A DNA stretch of 64,000 nucleotides, taken from Tubiluchus corallicola. Taxonomy: Eukaryota; Animalia; Priapulida. Below, in pieces: positions 49,168-62,900 of this stretch. A program made the position numbers and the translations under genes. The notes beneath the pieces were generated by a model. It was given only the letters and a program-made list of their open reading frames with translations, made no database searches and was not told the DNA's origin. The DNA lies in assembly GCA_030141605.1 (NCBI GenBank), contig JAQGDQ010000003.1:558001-622000 (forward strand). The letters are read 5' to 3'. Within the stretch, counting starts at the first letter, position 1. Each line of letters starts with the position of its first letter.

Positions 49168-51626
49168 GTAGTTACACTTTTGAATCACACTGATTGTCTA
49201 AATTGTTTCCCCACATGTCGGCAGCTGAGGCTTAAAGACACGATTTGTAAACATTCCAGGGACTAATGTCTGTATGGCTTCAGCATTGAAATGGCAATGC
49301 CATGGTTTCAAAAGATGTTCTTTATGTGCACATACAATCTATAAGAAAAAAAGCATATTTAGCTATTATATTCGCCAAATTTGCATTATTCTAACTTAAG
49401 TTTATAAAATTTTCGTAATGAAAATAGAATGCACTACACTCAGCATATACTGTACCACGCAAATTTGCCAGCTGCTGTTCCTAGCCAGTAGGTGGTGTCT
49501 TTCATTCGGGTGGCGCCATCCTTTGACTGACACGTAACTTAAAATTTCAGTCGATGTGACCTCAGCAATGAAATCACAAAAATATTATTGTGTATTGGCC
49601 CTATAGAATTCGAAAGATTTTACTTTAGGAAATTATGTTTGCAAATGATAATGTACGTGTAGTACAAATTCTATGACAAACATCTATAAACCTTATGTGT
49701 TCTGCCAGCTTGATCGCAATGAGCTCATCCACTAGAGACTTGGTTGTTTTTCTTTAATAATTATTTCAGTTAAACTCTAAAATGTAATGTATTAAAATTT
49801 TCTGTATGAAAACAAAACCCTGCGATTACCGATAGATGAATACTGTGAATAGTTAAGAAGCTTTCTATTACAGATGCATATTTCTATTGAAGCAATAAGT
49901 GTGAATAGTAACACAGAATACCTGACGTTATTGTGCATGTATCACCTAGGAATCATGTCACTGTGCTTTTTAGCCAGGTCCTGTGCCATCATATAGATAC
50001 AGGTTGTAAAGAGCCCTTACGGGTTACATAATGGCAACAATGCATGCTTAAATTAGGATAAAATATTTATTATCTCATAACAATAATGTTCATAAAAATG
50101 GTAAATAGTAAGAATATAAAAACTGGTGGCACAGATCAGACAGATTTTTTTACGCAAAAGGCACCTGCAGCATAATATGCATTTGAAGCCTTTATTTTAA
50201 TCACAATTGCAAAGTTCAAAGTGGAATTATTATGCGAAAATGTTTTATCCCCTCCCAGTCATCCAACCTAGCATGTTTTTATGCACTATAGTTGGATGTT
50301 TAGTTTTTTACACACCTTGATCAAGGTAAAAGACATATTCCATTGTTAATTTTCTTGATATTTTTGAATGTGTGTACCAGCTCTTTAAGTCTTGCAACAG
50401 TAACAATATAATTTATTTAATTTTTATTCCATATTTTGAGCAATGAAGACCAAGCTAATAAAAACAGTGTAAAACTCAATAAGAGGATAACATGAAGAAT
50501 ATGTAAAATCTGGGTACAACAATAAAAGTAATTTTATTTACAGTTTAATTTATTTATATCACAGAATTTAATTACATTTGACTACAAATTCACTTGTAAG
50601 TAGAACTGCTTTATTACATCACAAAAAAACAAAGAGTTTGTATTCATTTAGTTTCAATGATTACCTAACTGAAGCATAATTTCATTCACAGGTTATAATC
50701 AAGTTTAAATGTTTTAACAGTGACATCTAGGGTCTAAAATTTTCACTAGAGAAAGTGTGCTCACAAACTATGTGAACTGTACAGCTCAAAAGATATTTTT
50801 AATCTAAAAAGTAAATACAAATTGAAACTATGCAGATTCACTCAAGAACACTTGAATAGTCCAGCGAAACCGCAAAGTAAGCACTTCCTACATAACGTTC
50901 CAAAAGTGCAATCACCATATTAAAGTAAACCTTTGGTAAATTTGACTTAAATGTTAAAAATTTATAAAATATCGAATCACAGAGCAAGCACTATTTGATG
51001 CATACTGCAGGCATGCGATACTGTGAACACTGATATTAACTATAGTTTCGTGACTCTGTAGGCACTTATAAATAATTTTCACCATTACAACAACACTGGG
51101 TTTTGAATTATAAGTGAGCAAGACAGTATTTGAACCAAACATTTAGAACTCGAAAAACGCATTCAGCACTGCTTTTCAACTGGAACGAAAACCGAAAAAG
51201 AAATGATTAGCAGCAGAGCATTGCAGCCAGTGTGGCTAGGGTAAATTTAGTTGAATTGCATTAATGACTAAATCACAGCAATGCATGCAGGTATATAGGA
51301 AAGACCCATAACGATAATCAACTTCAATACAGTGTGATCAGAAGACCTGTGTGTATGCATTTTTTCAATCAGTCATCAGACAAAAATGTTTGCATAGCTT
51401 ACCACTGTTGCTTACAGCTGGCCTGAAAGCAATGTGCAATACAAGCAAGTCACTGTGTTGTGTAGAAGAAATGAAACAATAACATTGAGCATTTGGATCA
51501 TTCTGTATTACAAGCAATCACTAATGTGCACAAACTGTGATGTAAAAATGCAAACCATCTGCCAGTCAGTCTGATTATATACATTTTGATAACTTGTATA
51601 TAAAACTATACATTTCTGAAACACAG

Positions 51627-54244
51627 TCATGGAATCATCGCTATAGTTACCACTCCTCCCAAGGTTAGGCAGAGTAATATAAATGGCGTTAGAATGCCCC
51701 AGACAGGCCACAAACCAATCATACAACTAAAGTAAATAAAATAACATTTTAGTAAAAAAGGTAGTGAGTACAAGAGTCTAAGCATGAGTATTCTGAGTTC
51801 TTAGCTAATGAATTTTTGGCTATATAAATGATTCTGATCTTGTTTGTCCTTCTACTAACCGAGCTGCAACTGCACAAATCAAGTGCATGTGTCCTCTCAG
51901 ACCTACTACTAAAATGCGCTAATAAACATCACCATCACTCTCCTCTCTTTTTCCTTCTCGTTCTCTCAGTCTGTGACTTTCTTTCACTCTCTCGCGCTCT
52001 CTTTGTCACTTTCTTTCACTTTCACTTTTTCAAAATTTTAAACTTTCATAAAGTTTGCAAAATTTTCACTGTTCATACCAAAATCCTCCAATGACAAAAG
52101 CAAATGTTGCTACAGGTACTGCCAAAGGATGCTTCTTTTCCCATTCATCTGATGGCATTTTTTTCACCCAAGACAAAAACACCACTAGATAAGCTCCAAT
52201 GATAATGTGCACACTGACTAGTGCAACACCTATGTTAAACCATGCCCTGAAAATATATTTCTACAATGATAAAACTGAACACGAGTATGAACTAAATTGA
52301 GGTAAAGAAATGAGAATGTTTTGCAATAAAAAAAAAATTCTTAATGACAAGAACTGAAACACCTGATAAAGAAGTCTACAATAAATAAAGCAAAAAGTTG
52401 CTTAAGTATGTCACTGTGCACTATCTTCAGGTAAAGTAAAAACAAGTAAGGGTTAATTAGGCCCCCAAAACACATCCAATCGGGATCACAGCTTGTGCTC
52501 AAAAGCCAAGACCACATTTATTTGAAAATAAGCGCTTGCTGACACTGGTATTAAATTTTCGAGATTATAATAAAATAGTATTTTACTTAAGTTAATTAAA
52601 TACATAATGTTATAGTAAGGTTACAGCACTAGCTGCTTAAAAAAACTCCAAATGGGTTGAAGATTGTGAAATAAATTATCTTCTATGTGAATCTACCTTT
52701 GAAAGAGAAGCATCATTCTAATTTGTGGGAATCTAGTTGTAAATCTTACTGGGGCCCTCACTGATGTAGAGTAGGCTCTTTAAAACAGCTACAGAAGGGA
52801 CAATAACCAAAGCAGGCCGACGAAAAGCTGTTTACTTTAAAATAAAATGAACAAGTTTTCCCTATCACAACTTGTGTCAACTTGAACTTACCTATTTATT
52901 CTTATGTCATACAGAATAACTGAAAGAAATTCGGTGAAGTATAAAACAAGTCCTGTCAGAAGCAACCACAAGACATTCTGTATGGTATAAGGCGATGACG
53001 ACGTCTTCCTTTTTCTTTCCACATTGACAGTGTCGACATCTGCAGCATCTGAAAACCAAACAATTACTGTGGCATGTGGCATTCAGAGTGATTGTTTATA
53101 TCTACATTAAGATAATTGTTCTACAAATCTAATATATCTATAAAGTGACAGGCAGATTTTGAATCTGTTGGAAAAGTGCAACACATGATAAACATGAGAA
53201 TAATACGGGAAATGAGTGCGGAAGCAGAGAAAGTATGGCAGAGGAACCTGGATAAGGAGCTAATAATATTTGAAAAACTACATTTCCATATATTCATGGA
53301 CTCAGTTATTCTCCCTGACCTTTGTACAAGATTACAACATACAGTAAAGGAAACTTATCACAGGGTCTTATCTAGCCAATTAAACATGCTCTCAAAATTT
53401 GGAAATTATTTTTCAAAATATTCTCAAATCTAAATCTAAAATGCTAAATATTGAAAAGTTGAAGATCAGGTGGAAAAATAAGTCAAGAAATGACATTTTC
53501 TGTATTTGCTGTAAACATTATTGAAAATTTTTAAAATTCTACACGGGTAATTGCAGTAAATTAAGCTTACTACTTCTTTTACTTTTTTATGGCACCCTTA
53601 TTTCAAATTGGAGAAAAAGTGGTAGCTTGCTTGTAGTGCACTCCTTACAGTGATCACTGGAAACTCTCAACATTGGTGCATTAAAAACATTATCACTGCC
53701 TAAATTGTTCCATTTTGAAATTGAAATTTCTGACTTTTGCTTTTTTATCAATCTGTAGCCATTGCAACTCCAAGTTAAACATTATTTTGAACTGTCTGAT
53801 AATTGACCAATCAATCACGTCACAGAAAAAAGTTATCACTGTATTTAAATGATGTGTAATATGCAAAAATATCTGCTTGCAAGTTGTGGGTATCAAATTT
53901 CATTTGCAAAACCAAATGGGTGCACTAGACTAGATCTGCCAATGTGTAAAACTATGTTATTTAATTAAAAACAAATTACATACTTTCACCATTGAAATCA
54001 GCCATTTTTCGACATTTGTTTCACAAAGAATTTTTAAATTTGCAATTGCCAAGAGTAAATTTTAGCAACTTAAGCTAAAATTAGTGGTTTGCTAATTTCT
54101 GCTATTCTAAGTAAGACTCTTGAAAAAAATAAGTAAGGATACCTTACCTTGATAATTTTGTTCTCTGGCAAACATGCATTCCTCATTGTTTAGCTGAGCA
54201 TTTAATCGTCGTCGCAAGCTTTCTTGATCAGTGATACTTTCCAT
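51627..54244 (-). CDS. TMEM128: Transmembrane protein 128, 4 coding exons
   Basis: Exons 54244-54148, 53048-52892, 52246-52079 and 51726-51627 join in phase. N-terminal LRRR, IQNVLWLL, WEKKHPLAVPVAT and C-terminal GLWPVWGILTPFILL match the TMEM128 pattern; four hydrophobic segments. Confidence 0.87.
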
Positions 54245-54544
54245 AATTGATCATACGCTTACTGTGCTAAACAGAGATACAAAGACGCATACATAAACAA
54301 AAATAATAATAAGATAATTTAGTTGCCACAAACAACACTAAACTGAAAATTGAAGTCCATACATTATCACAAAAAACCTTGTGCACTGCAACATAGTGAT
54401 ATAATAGCTTTTTCTGTTTTTTAAATTACTGGTGCAATATCAGGCTGAGGCCTGTAAGGCACATATGTTTAAAGGATTGGCTTGCTTTTCTGAGTGATTT
54501 CATTTAAATTTAATGTTAACTTAATTAACCATAGAGTGATGTGT

Positions 54545-54790
54545 CGACATTTCACACAGACATTTGAAAACCGAGTTTGCCACAAATATTTTGGACCTAT
54601 AGGTACATTGGACACAAGATATTTGAATATGTACGTCATTTGGATACAAGGTACTTTGGAGTTTGGACTCGTAGGTAATTTAAACAAGGTGATTTGGACA
54701 CATAGGTCATTTGGTCACACAAGCCACACAGGATATTTGGACATTAGATGTTTTGGTCATGTAGGTCATTCTGCATGTATTGCACATTGC
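54545..54790. repeat. Degenerate ~17-bp tandem array (atttggacacataggtc-like)
   Basis: About 10 diverged copies with a recurring tttgga core. Confidence 0.7.
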
Positions 54791-56019
54791 TAAGAGTTGG
54801 TGTGTAATTTTATTATTTTCCTGTCCAATATTTGGGAATCCTCATTGGCAGTAGACTCAATGATATTCTATTTTCAAACTAAATATTTAATCAGAACAAT
54901 ACAGTTTCTGTGCCAAATTCGTATTACTATTGCATATGTTTCATGACAGAAACAAATTTTGCAAACTCAGTTGACTACATGCTTAATAATTTGAACATGA
55001 AAGTGCTGAAGCTTTATTCACTGAGGCTGTTTACTCTATAAGAAATTCAAAATGACGTAACCTGTAAAAGATTGCAAGTGCTATGACAACTGCAGCATGA
55101 CTAATCTTTTCACACGCACTAGTACTTAGGAGTGAAAGCATTCATTCAAGAGATACATTCCGAAATGAGCTGTTTATTGTATTATTATCAATTAGTGATG
55201 GCAAGTCGATCAGTTCTCAAAAGAGCAGCCATGTACATTGTTTTTGTAGAAGGTATGCTTGCAGGCATCAGCATGCAGTGGCGGTAGCTACAACGAGAAT
55301 ACTGAAACTTATTCATACCTGTGGCGACTGCGATTAGTCAAGCAAACTTCTTGACTAATGCCAAATTGTAATAAAAGTTAAAAAAAAAATTATTACCCAT
55401 TTTAATATTTTGTAAAAAAAATCTTCCAGAAACAACTTCTCTTCCAGTGTTAGTTAATCGTTTTGTCTTAATTAATACCTAAACATCCTAATCTGTAATG
55501 TATTATTGGTTTATCAACATACTTAATTAGAAGTTTCTCAGTATAATTAGCTTAAAAAGGGGCAGCAAGAAATCGTAGTTCGGTAGCAATTACATCTGTC
55601 TCAATCGCAACAGTTAATATTAGTTATTACTAGTATTAGTATTACAATTACAGATCATCGTAATCGGATATCAGATACTACCAAAACCCCTAATACTGGT
55701 GTAATTGTTGACTTACAATCTGCAATTAGTGTTGGCGGAGTTGGATTCGAGGCAGCTAAAAAAGACTCTTATTCAAAACAGTTAATATAACATAACATAA
55801 GTTTAATCGTGGTTTGACTGCCACAATCTCTCTACCGTCTGGACAATACGAGTAAACTTCAGTAAGTCACAACGATGACACTTTGACGATGCCATATCCC
55901 TACTTTACTAACGACTCGTTCATAGGCTGTCCGTCACTGATTTCTTTTCAGGCCTGTTGATGTCTACCAACTAACTAGCTTGCCCTGGTAAAAGCACATA
56001 TGTACAGATGAGTGACCAT

Positions 56020-56031
56020 GGTCACGTGACC
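56020..56031. promoter_or_regulatory. Palindromic E-box GGTCACGTGACC (USF/MiT-TFE CLEAR-type) in the TMEM128/sideroflexin divergent interval
   Basis: Perfect 12-bp palindrome in a CpG-containing patch ~300 bp upstream of a minus-strand GTAAGT donor (55716-55711), which likely ends the TMEM128 5' UTR exon. Confidence 0.5.
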
Positions 56032-56519
56032 CACAAGCTACTTGACGAAATTCCCTACACCATTTTTCCATGCCATTTCTTCCCGTGCCATATTTATCTG
56101 TGCCACTTTTACCTACATTTGAATAAAAAACCATGCCATTTTTTGAAAGCTGTGTATATAGGTGATATGAGTGTTACATAAATTATATAAGTTCAAATTG
56201 TTGTGAATGCAGAAAATAACACGTAATTCTAGAGAGATGTACTCGTGTACATATACATGCACACATATATAATATAATATTATTTTATATAGTCCTCAGA
56301 AGATCTGAAAATTGAAGATTGCTGAACATTATAGATATTGTAATTGTGGAGTGATACATTTTGTTTTCCTTTACTGTTCGTTTTATGAAAATAAAGAAAA
56401 ACTGCATCTCGAAAATGAGTTTTAGGTAAAGACTACTGTGAGGTACCTAGCAGTCACTGGTATAAACTGAATGTGTCCCAGCCATAGACAATAATATTAC
56501 TACGTGGTAATATCCATCA

Positions 56520-57500
56520 TCATATCTAATGAATCACACGTCCAGTGACATGGTTCTGCTCACCTCCCTATGCCAGGACTCCCTGCTCGCCGCAATGCCC
56601 CAAGTGCATTTATTTCTAAGGATCAATGCCATTGAAGTGTTTAAATCTTTCTGTGCAAAATCTAAATATGTTAACATTTGTCCTCCAGCAGGTTTTTTAG
56701 CTGGTTCTATAGCTTGTTGAAGAGCTGTCTTCACTAGAAGATCATCAGGTAGTCTAAGCATATGCCCAATCCATCTTTCCCTTCACACCTGACTTAATTT
56801 TCTAATAAATTTTCTAACATTATACTTATGATGTATATTGCATCACATTCAAGGATTTCTTCCAAACAGCAAAACAGAGTTTTTCTCCGAATGCAATCAA
56901 AGGCCTTTGTCATATATTGAGAATATATATTGAGTAATCGGTAAAAGAGATGGCCTTTTTGGCTAGTAATTTACAGGCTTGTACTAATTCAGTAGTATTC
57001 TGGCCTGGTTGATATGCTGCTTGGCTTGCTGGAATGTGTGTAACCTGTCATAGATCCTAGTCAACATACAGATAGCCAAAATCTTCCTTATTAGTGTAAG
57101 CAACATCAATGGTCTAAGATTTTCTGTAGGACCTCGTTTCTTACCTGGCTTGGGTAAAGGGATAAGTATTCCTTTTTGAATATCCTGCAGAAATGTGCCT
57201 GTTTTTGAAATATTGTTTAGAATTTCAGCGATTTCTGCATATAAATTATCTGATCCATACTTGACTAACTCAGCATTTAATTCATCAGCCCCCGGGCTTT
57301 TGTTGTTTTCCAATTATTTTGCCGCATGCTTTACTTCTTCTTTAGTAAATGGAACTTTCGTTGGATAGTGAGTCCTTTTAACGCCAACTACATTTTCATT
57401 ATTAAAAATTCGTTGAAAAAATTCTGCTATATAATATCTGGTAATATCCTGTCGGCAGTCACTCCTGTGCCAACTACATTTATCTTTGGTCCACAATAGT
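56520..57500 (-). mobile_element. Degenerate, internally deleted RTE-like LINE
   Basis: NNKSPGADELNAELVKYG and GILIPLPKPGKK..NLRPLMLL (RT N-terminus) lie within ~200 bp of the C-terminal WIGHMLRLP..AASRESW region; the RT core is missing. Confidence 0.8.
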
Positions 57501-58039
57501 TCTGCTCTAGGTCAATATTTAGAAGTTTTCGTATATTTCTTGCACTGTACGTTACTTTTTTAGCATAAAATGATGTGGAGAAATCTAATTAAACTTTGAT
57601 TTATTAAAATTCAACTTATTTGGATTTCGAAAGTGGACTAGATCTTCTTCTAATGGTAATCGGTTACTACAAATTTTCTGTGGCTCGGCTACTGATTCTT
57701 TTGCGATGTGGTTTGTAGCTTTTTGCATCCGCTCAATATTACTTGGTATATTACTATGTATACTATTATTACTATAATATTAGTAATTATTACTATGAGT
57801 ATGAGTATGAGCACTATTATTACTGTATTACTGCTATATAGTATTATTAGTTTAATTTACTTTAAGGCAAATATATGTATCTAAAGATATGAATATATCT
57901 AAAATCTGGCACTAGAATTAGTAATAATAATACTATTACTTAGTAATATTGTGTAATATTCAGAGACTCGGAAATTAATTGTAAATAGTATAAATACTTG
58001 TGAATACGTTCTTCCTTCTAATCTTGCTGATAAACATTT

Positions 58040-59340
58040 AAAAGTAATTTTCACAGATGTGGGCTGCATTACTAATTAGTTTAGTGAACTTAAAACTATC
58101 GTGTGTGAATTGCAAACTGATTTAGTTTTTTTTTGTCAGAGATAAATCCAAAAGGCAAAAAATGTAATATATACATTGCAGAAGCCCATTTATTTTACAA
58201 TTTAAATTGAAGAGGCATCAATTTATATGTCAAGACGAATATTACTGCTGTAGAAGTAAAATCACCGGTACATATTTTCAACTCCTATATCTGGGTTGAA
58301 TTGAGTCTAACAAGAGGAGCTAATTTGCTGTTTGACAGTGTTTACCGCAGCCCCTCTTCATCCTGCTAAGACAATGTAAATGTGTTGAAATTACTAAAAG
58401 AGTTAAATAGTTTCGGCACTAAATACAAAATTATCTGCTGGGATTTTAATTTAAGTAATATCAACTGAGATATCTGGTCAACCACTACATCAGAAGTCAG
58501 CATGGAAACTCAGTTTTTAAATACATTAAGAGATAACTATATGGATCAGCTAATAAAATTTCCAACAAGACATAGAGCTGGGCAGAAACCAACACTAACT
58601 GATCTACTAATAATTGTCAACAATGATGAGATGATTAGTGATCTGCAATCACTACTACCATTAGGTAAAAGTGATCACTCATTTATTTCCTTTGCAGTTA
58701 ATATTCAGCAAGAAATGAAGGCCACTAATTTAAGAAAATTTAATTTTTACAAGGCAAACAAACATGCAATGGCCTACGAACTGGAGATGGTAAATTGGGA
58801 TTCCATTTAGCAGGGAAGGATGCTAGTAAGTGCTGTACAGAATTTGAGGAAGCCATCCAATTTATTTCAAACAAACATATACCCAAGCAAAAAACCGTGA
58901 AAGTAGTTAAACCTAGATGGTTCAATGATGAAGTGCTATGTAAAGTAAAGGAAAAGAAGGCCACATATAGAAGGTACGACAGGCAAATCTCGGGGAACAA
59001 TTATGTTACATATAACATTGCTAGGAATAATGCAACTGCTGCGATTTGTTTTTCACAAAAAATTAAGAAAAAAGTTTTCTAGAGAATGTTCAACCAACCC
59101 AAAAGCTTTTCGGTCGTATATTAACTTTAATATGATGAAGGAACATGAACTAAACGAGAGGATGGTAGTGTTGCTTCCACTGTTACTGATAAAGCAAATC
59201 CTCTGCAAGACTATTTCACGTCGGTTTACACTAATGAAGATTTAACACACATTTCAAGCAAATCCTCTGCAAGACTATTTCACGTTGGTTTACACTAATG
59301 AAGATTTAACACACATTCTAATATTTACACAGCTGTTAAA
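58040..59340 (+). mobile_element. Decayed CR1-like LINE fragment (endonuclease and linker)
   Basis: VYRSP, DFNL, PTRHR, PLGKSDH, PRWFN and NPKAF motifs across frameshifted frames. Confidence 0.82.
59192..59318. repeat. 64-bp tandem duplication at the broken end of the CR1 fragment
   Basis: aagcaaatcctctgcaagactatttcacgt(c/t)ggtttacactaatgaagatttaacacacatt occurs at 59192 and 59256. Confidence 0.9.
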
Positions 59341-59967
59341 CTTGCCTGTTAAACCTGTTAAACACAGGCATATAACATAGGTGAATTATTCCACAAAATT
59401 ATATCCCTACGAACTAATAAATCTAGTGTCCAAACTTTTTCTTAGTTAGTGTAAACTCTATGCTATGAATGCTTTGATTATTTTTCAAACTTTAGGCAGT
59501 GTCATCTAAACTTATTCTAAATGAATTACCCTCAAAATGGCCACCCAAAGGTCATCCATGGGAGTTTAAACTTGCAAGTTTTATTCAATGTTATTGCCAA
59601 TACAAGCTCTTTGTGCAATAAGACAAGCACGTAAGTGATAAAATTTCAATGCAAATTTTTTAAGCTTTATTTATGAAGAGTGTTTTCTTGTGCTTTATAA
59701 AATGCATGATACTCACATATTTATTATTTTGCGGCCGTGAAAGCATCTGTCACAGGCTAAGTTGTGTGAGTCTCACAAACAACATGTGAGTCTTGGTAGG
59801 TCTAAAAACAGTATCATATAAATGACGAATATGATAAGTAACCAGCTATTAGGCAGTGACAGAAATTCTGAGAATTTTCTGGCAGTTTAATTGAGTTTAT
59901 GTTGATTGAGTAATGTCAGCATTTTTTTTCCTATATTACACATGTAGTAATGTTTCAGGAGGAAAAC

Positions 59968-62900
59968 ATGGGCACGGATGAAACTGTGCCAGACCGTCTT
60001 CATTTGGATGAACCCAGATGGGATCAAAGTTTGTTTTTTGGCAGAGCATTGCATTTTATTGCAGTGACGAATCCGCTTAACCTTTTAGCAACTAGCAAAC
60101 AATTAGATGATGCCCAAAACCTCATCATCAAGTACAAGTAAATATGAATTATAAAAATTGCTTTTATTTCTAAACTTTGTAAAGTGTACTTATTTTTAAT
60201 GATAAACTGAAATGTCGTTAAGTTTCATTGTTTTCAAAAAGATTTATTACTGTAACTTTCTTTATCATGGGCTTTGCTAGCCTTATGAAATCAGGAAAAT
60301 ACATAAAATGATCAGTAATCACCAAAGAGTGTTCAGAAATGACTTCATGCCTAGTAAAGAGAATAGAAACAATTAAAACCTAATTATAAATCAGTCATTT
60401 AGTAAGATAACAGATTGACCAATGTAAACCAGTATCTATGATAAGAATTATAATTACGCAAAGTCAGTAAAATCAGTAAAGACAAAAATCATACTACATA
60501 AGATTAGTAAAAAAATACACTATGTGCTACATGTATTCAAACGGCAAAATTTGTCATACAGCTAAAACGGGACAATATTTTCTGTGATAGTGTTCGCAGT
60601 AAATCAGAATGAAATTTCCTACCATACTCTTGCTCTGTTCTGGCAGTAGTTAAACATTAAAATAATTTCCTGGCCTTTTGTTAAAGCAGTTCATATCAGT
60701 GCATTACATTTTATTCTTAGCTGTATGAATAGCTTCACATGTCTGCTTTACATATACACGTATGTAAAATTTAGCAGACAAAGACTGTTTCTTGCTGTAG
60801 CATGACAATCATTTTGTCATGGAAAATGGAATGATAAAAACTTTTTTAGTTCCATAACTTTATCGTGATTATATTTTACAATGGTTACATAGTTGTTGGA
60901 CAATGGAATTGTCCTTTTTATTGCTGTAAGATGCAATGTTCTCTTTCAAAATCAGTCGATGTTATTAAGGCGAGGAGAAGAACCAGCCAGAACAACTGAA
61001 AAAGAGCTATGGAGAGCCAAGTATTTATACGATTCAGCTTTTCATCCTGATACAGGAGAGAAAATGATGCTAGTAGGACGGATGTCTGCACAAGTGCCTA
61101 TGAACATGACCATCACTGGCCTAATGATGACTTTTTACAAGTAAATTTTTTTCAGCATTACTGTGTTAGAACTTGGTAAAATATTAATCAAGATACGTTG
61201 GCAAAAATATGGTAACAGTCTGCAACAACTACTATTTTTGACTAGTCTGTTGTTGATATAATTTGTATGTCATATATTGAGATCATAAAACTATGAGTAA
61301 ATTCCAATTGTTAGCTTGGTTTGTTGTAAACTTTAAGAACCTCAAGTCTCTATTCTCTACCTGTTTTTAGTCCTGAGAAAAATGTACAGTGGAGGCAGAC
61401 CTGATTTTTCTCATTTAGCAAACAGCTGATGGGTTTATTCAATTTACCCATTTCATTAAATCATTCTGAAATTGTTAAACAATTTTCTGTTTTTAGAGGG
61501 CATAAAATATGTCAATTAAGCTGATGAAAAATGCCTAAAATCTGTGATCAATTTTGTTTTAGGACAACCCCTGCTGTAGTGTTTTGGCAATGGTTCAATC
61601 AGTCCTTTAATGCTCTAGTAAATTACACTAATAGAAGTGGCGATGCTCCTATACCGGTTAAGTGAGTTTATATTTAGTTATCTTCTTATAATACAGTTAA
61701 ATCTCATTAGAATGCGATCCCCTTTATGATGCCAAATTCACTTACGCCAACTTTTTTGCAGTTCCAAAGTAGGTGGTGTAAAGAAGTTTGACTGTATTGG
61801 TTAATTAAGGAGACATTTTAGAAGGTAGTATATTAAATTACATAAAGCAACGCATTATGATTTTATTGGTCCTATAGTACTTTGTGAATAAAAAGTTGTA
61901 ACATTAGCAAAAGTTTTGTGTTTTCTTTTTGAAGGTCAGTAAATTGCATTGTATTTTTTTGTAATGACTGTGTACTTAGAAGATTGTCCACTGGTTATTG
62001 TTGCATGGTAATTAGTACATTCAGTTTGTATCCAAACTTCAAGTTTTCGTGTTATTGCACAGCTGAGCAGAATTCAATGTATGCATGTAATGACATGTGC
62101 ATATTTCAAGATATGTGTACTAGCAGAAGTCTTGAATTTTAGTTTTTTCTGCTTTTCATTTTGTAGAACATTAGGAATGGCTTATGCAGCAGCAACAACA
62201 AGTGCGACGGCTACAGCTCTATTTCTCAATAGCCTTGTTAAGGTACTAACAATACATCACATTTGGTGGTACGATTACTTCTGTTGCTGTGTTGTTTAAA
62301 TGGAATTTAGCTTTGCCATTAACATCTCACGTACATTTAGTAATTATTTATTACTTGAACCCGATTAATAAAATGAAGACATTGGACAAAATATAGCTGT
62401 ACCAATGACTTAGAAAGTAAATATGTGAATATAGAATCTAAGTCTTTTACGGAACTTGCATTCCAGCTGTATCACACAATTAATTTGTTTGTGCTTCAAT
62501 TCTATAACTGTATAATGGTATGACTATTACAACATCTATGCATCAATACATTGAAAAATTATATTTCCAATGAATTCAATGTACGACCGATTAAAATGGT
62601 TTATTATCTTATTATGTATATTTCCAGAATGCTTCTCCGCTTGTTGGAAGATTTGTTCCATTTGCAGCAGTAGCAGCAGCAAACTGTGTCAATATTCCTT
62701 GTATGAGATTTAGGTATGTTTTATTATTAAGTTTCTCAGTTATGACACTTTCCTATTGTGCCCACTTGGTATTCACGGAAATCAAAAATCGCAGAGCATC
62801 ATTAAATGCTGTACAGTTAACTGAAAGTAAGTTATAAATCATCTTATTCTGTTTCAATTAACTTAACCATCTTTAATGACAAATTAATATAGGCTATCAG

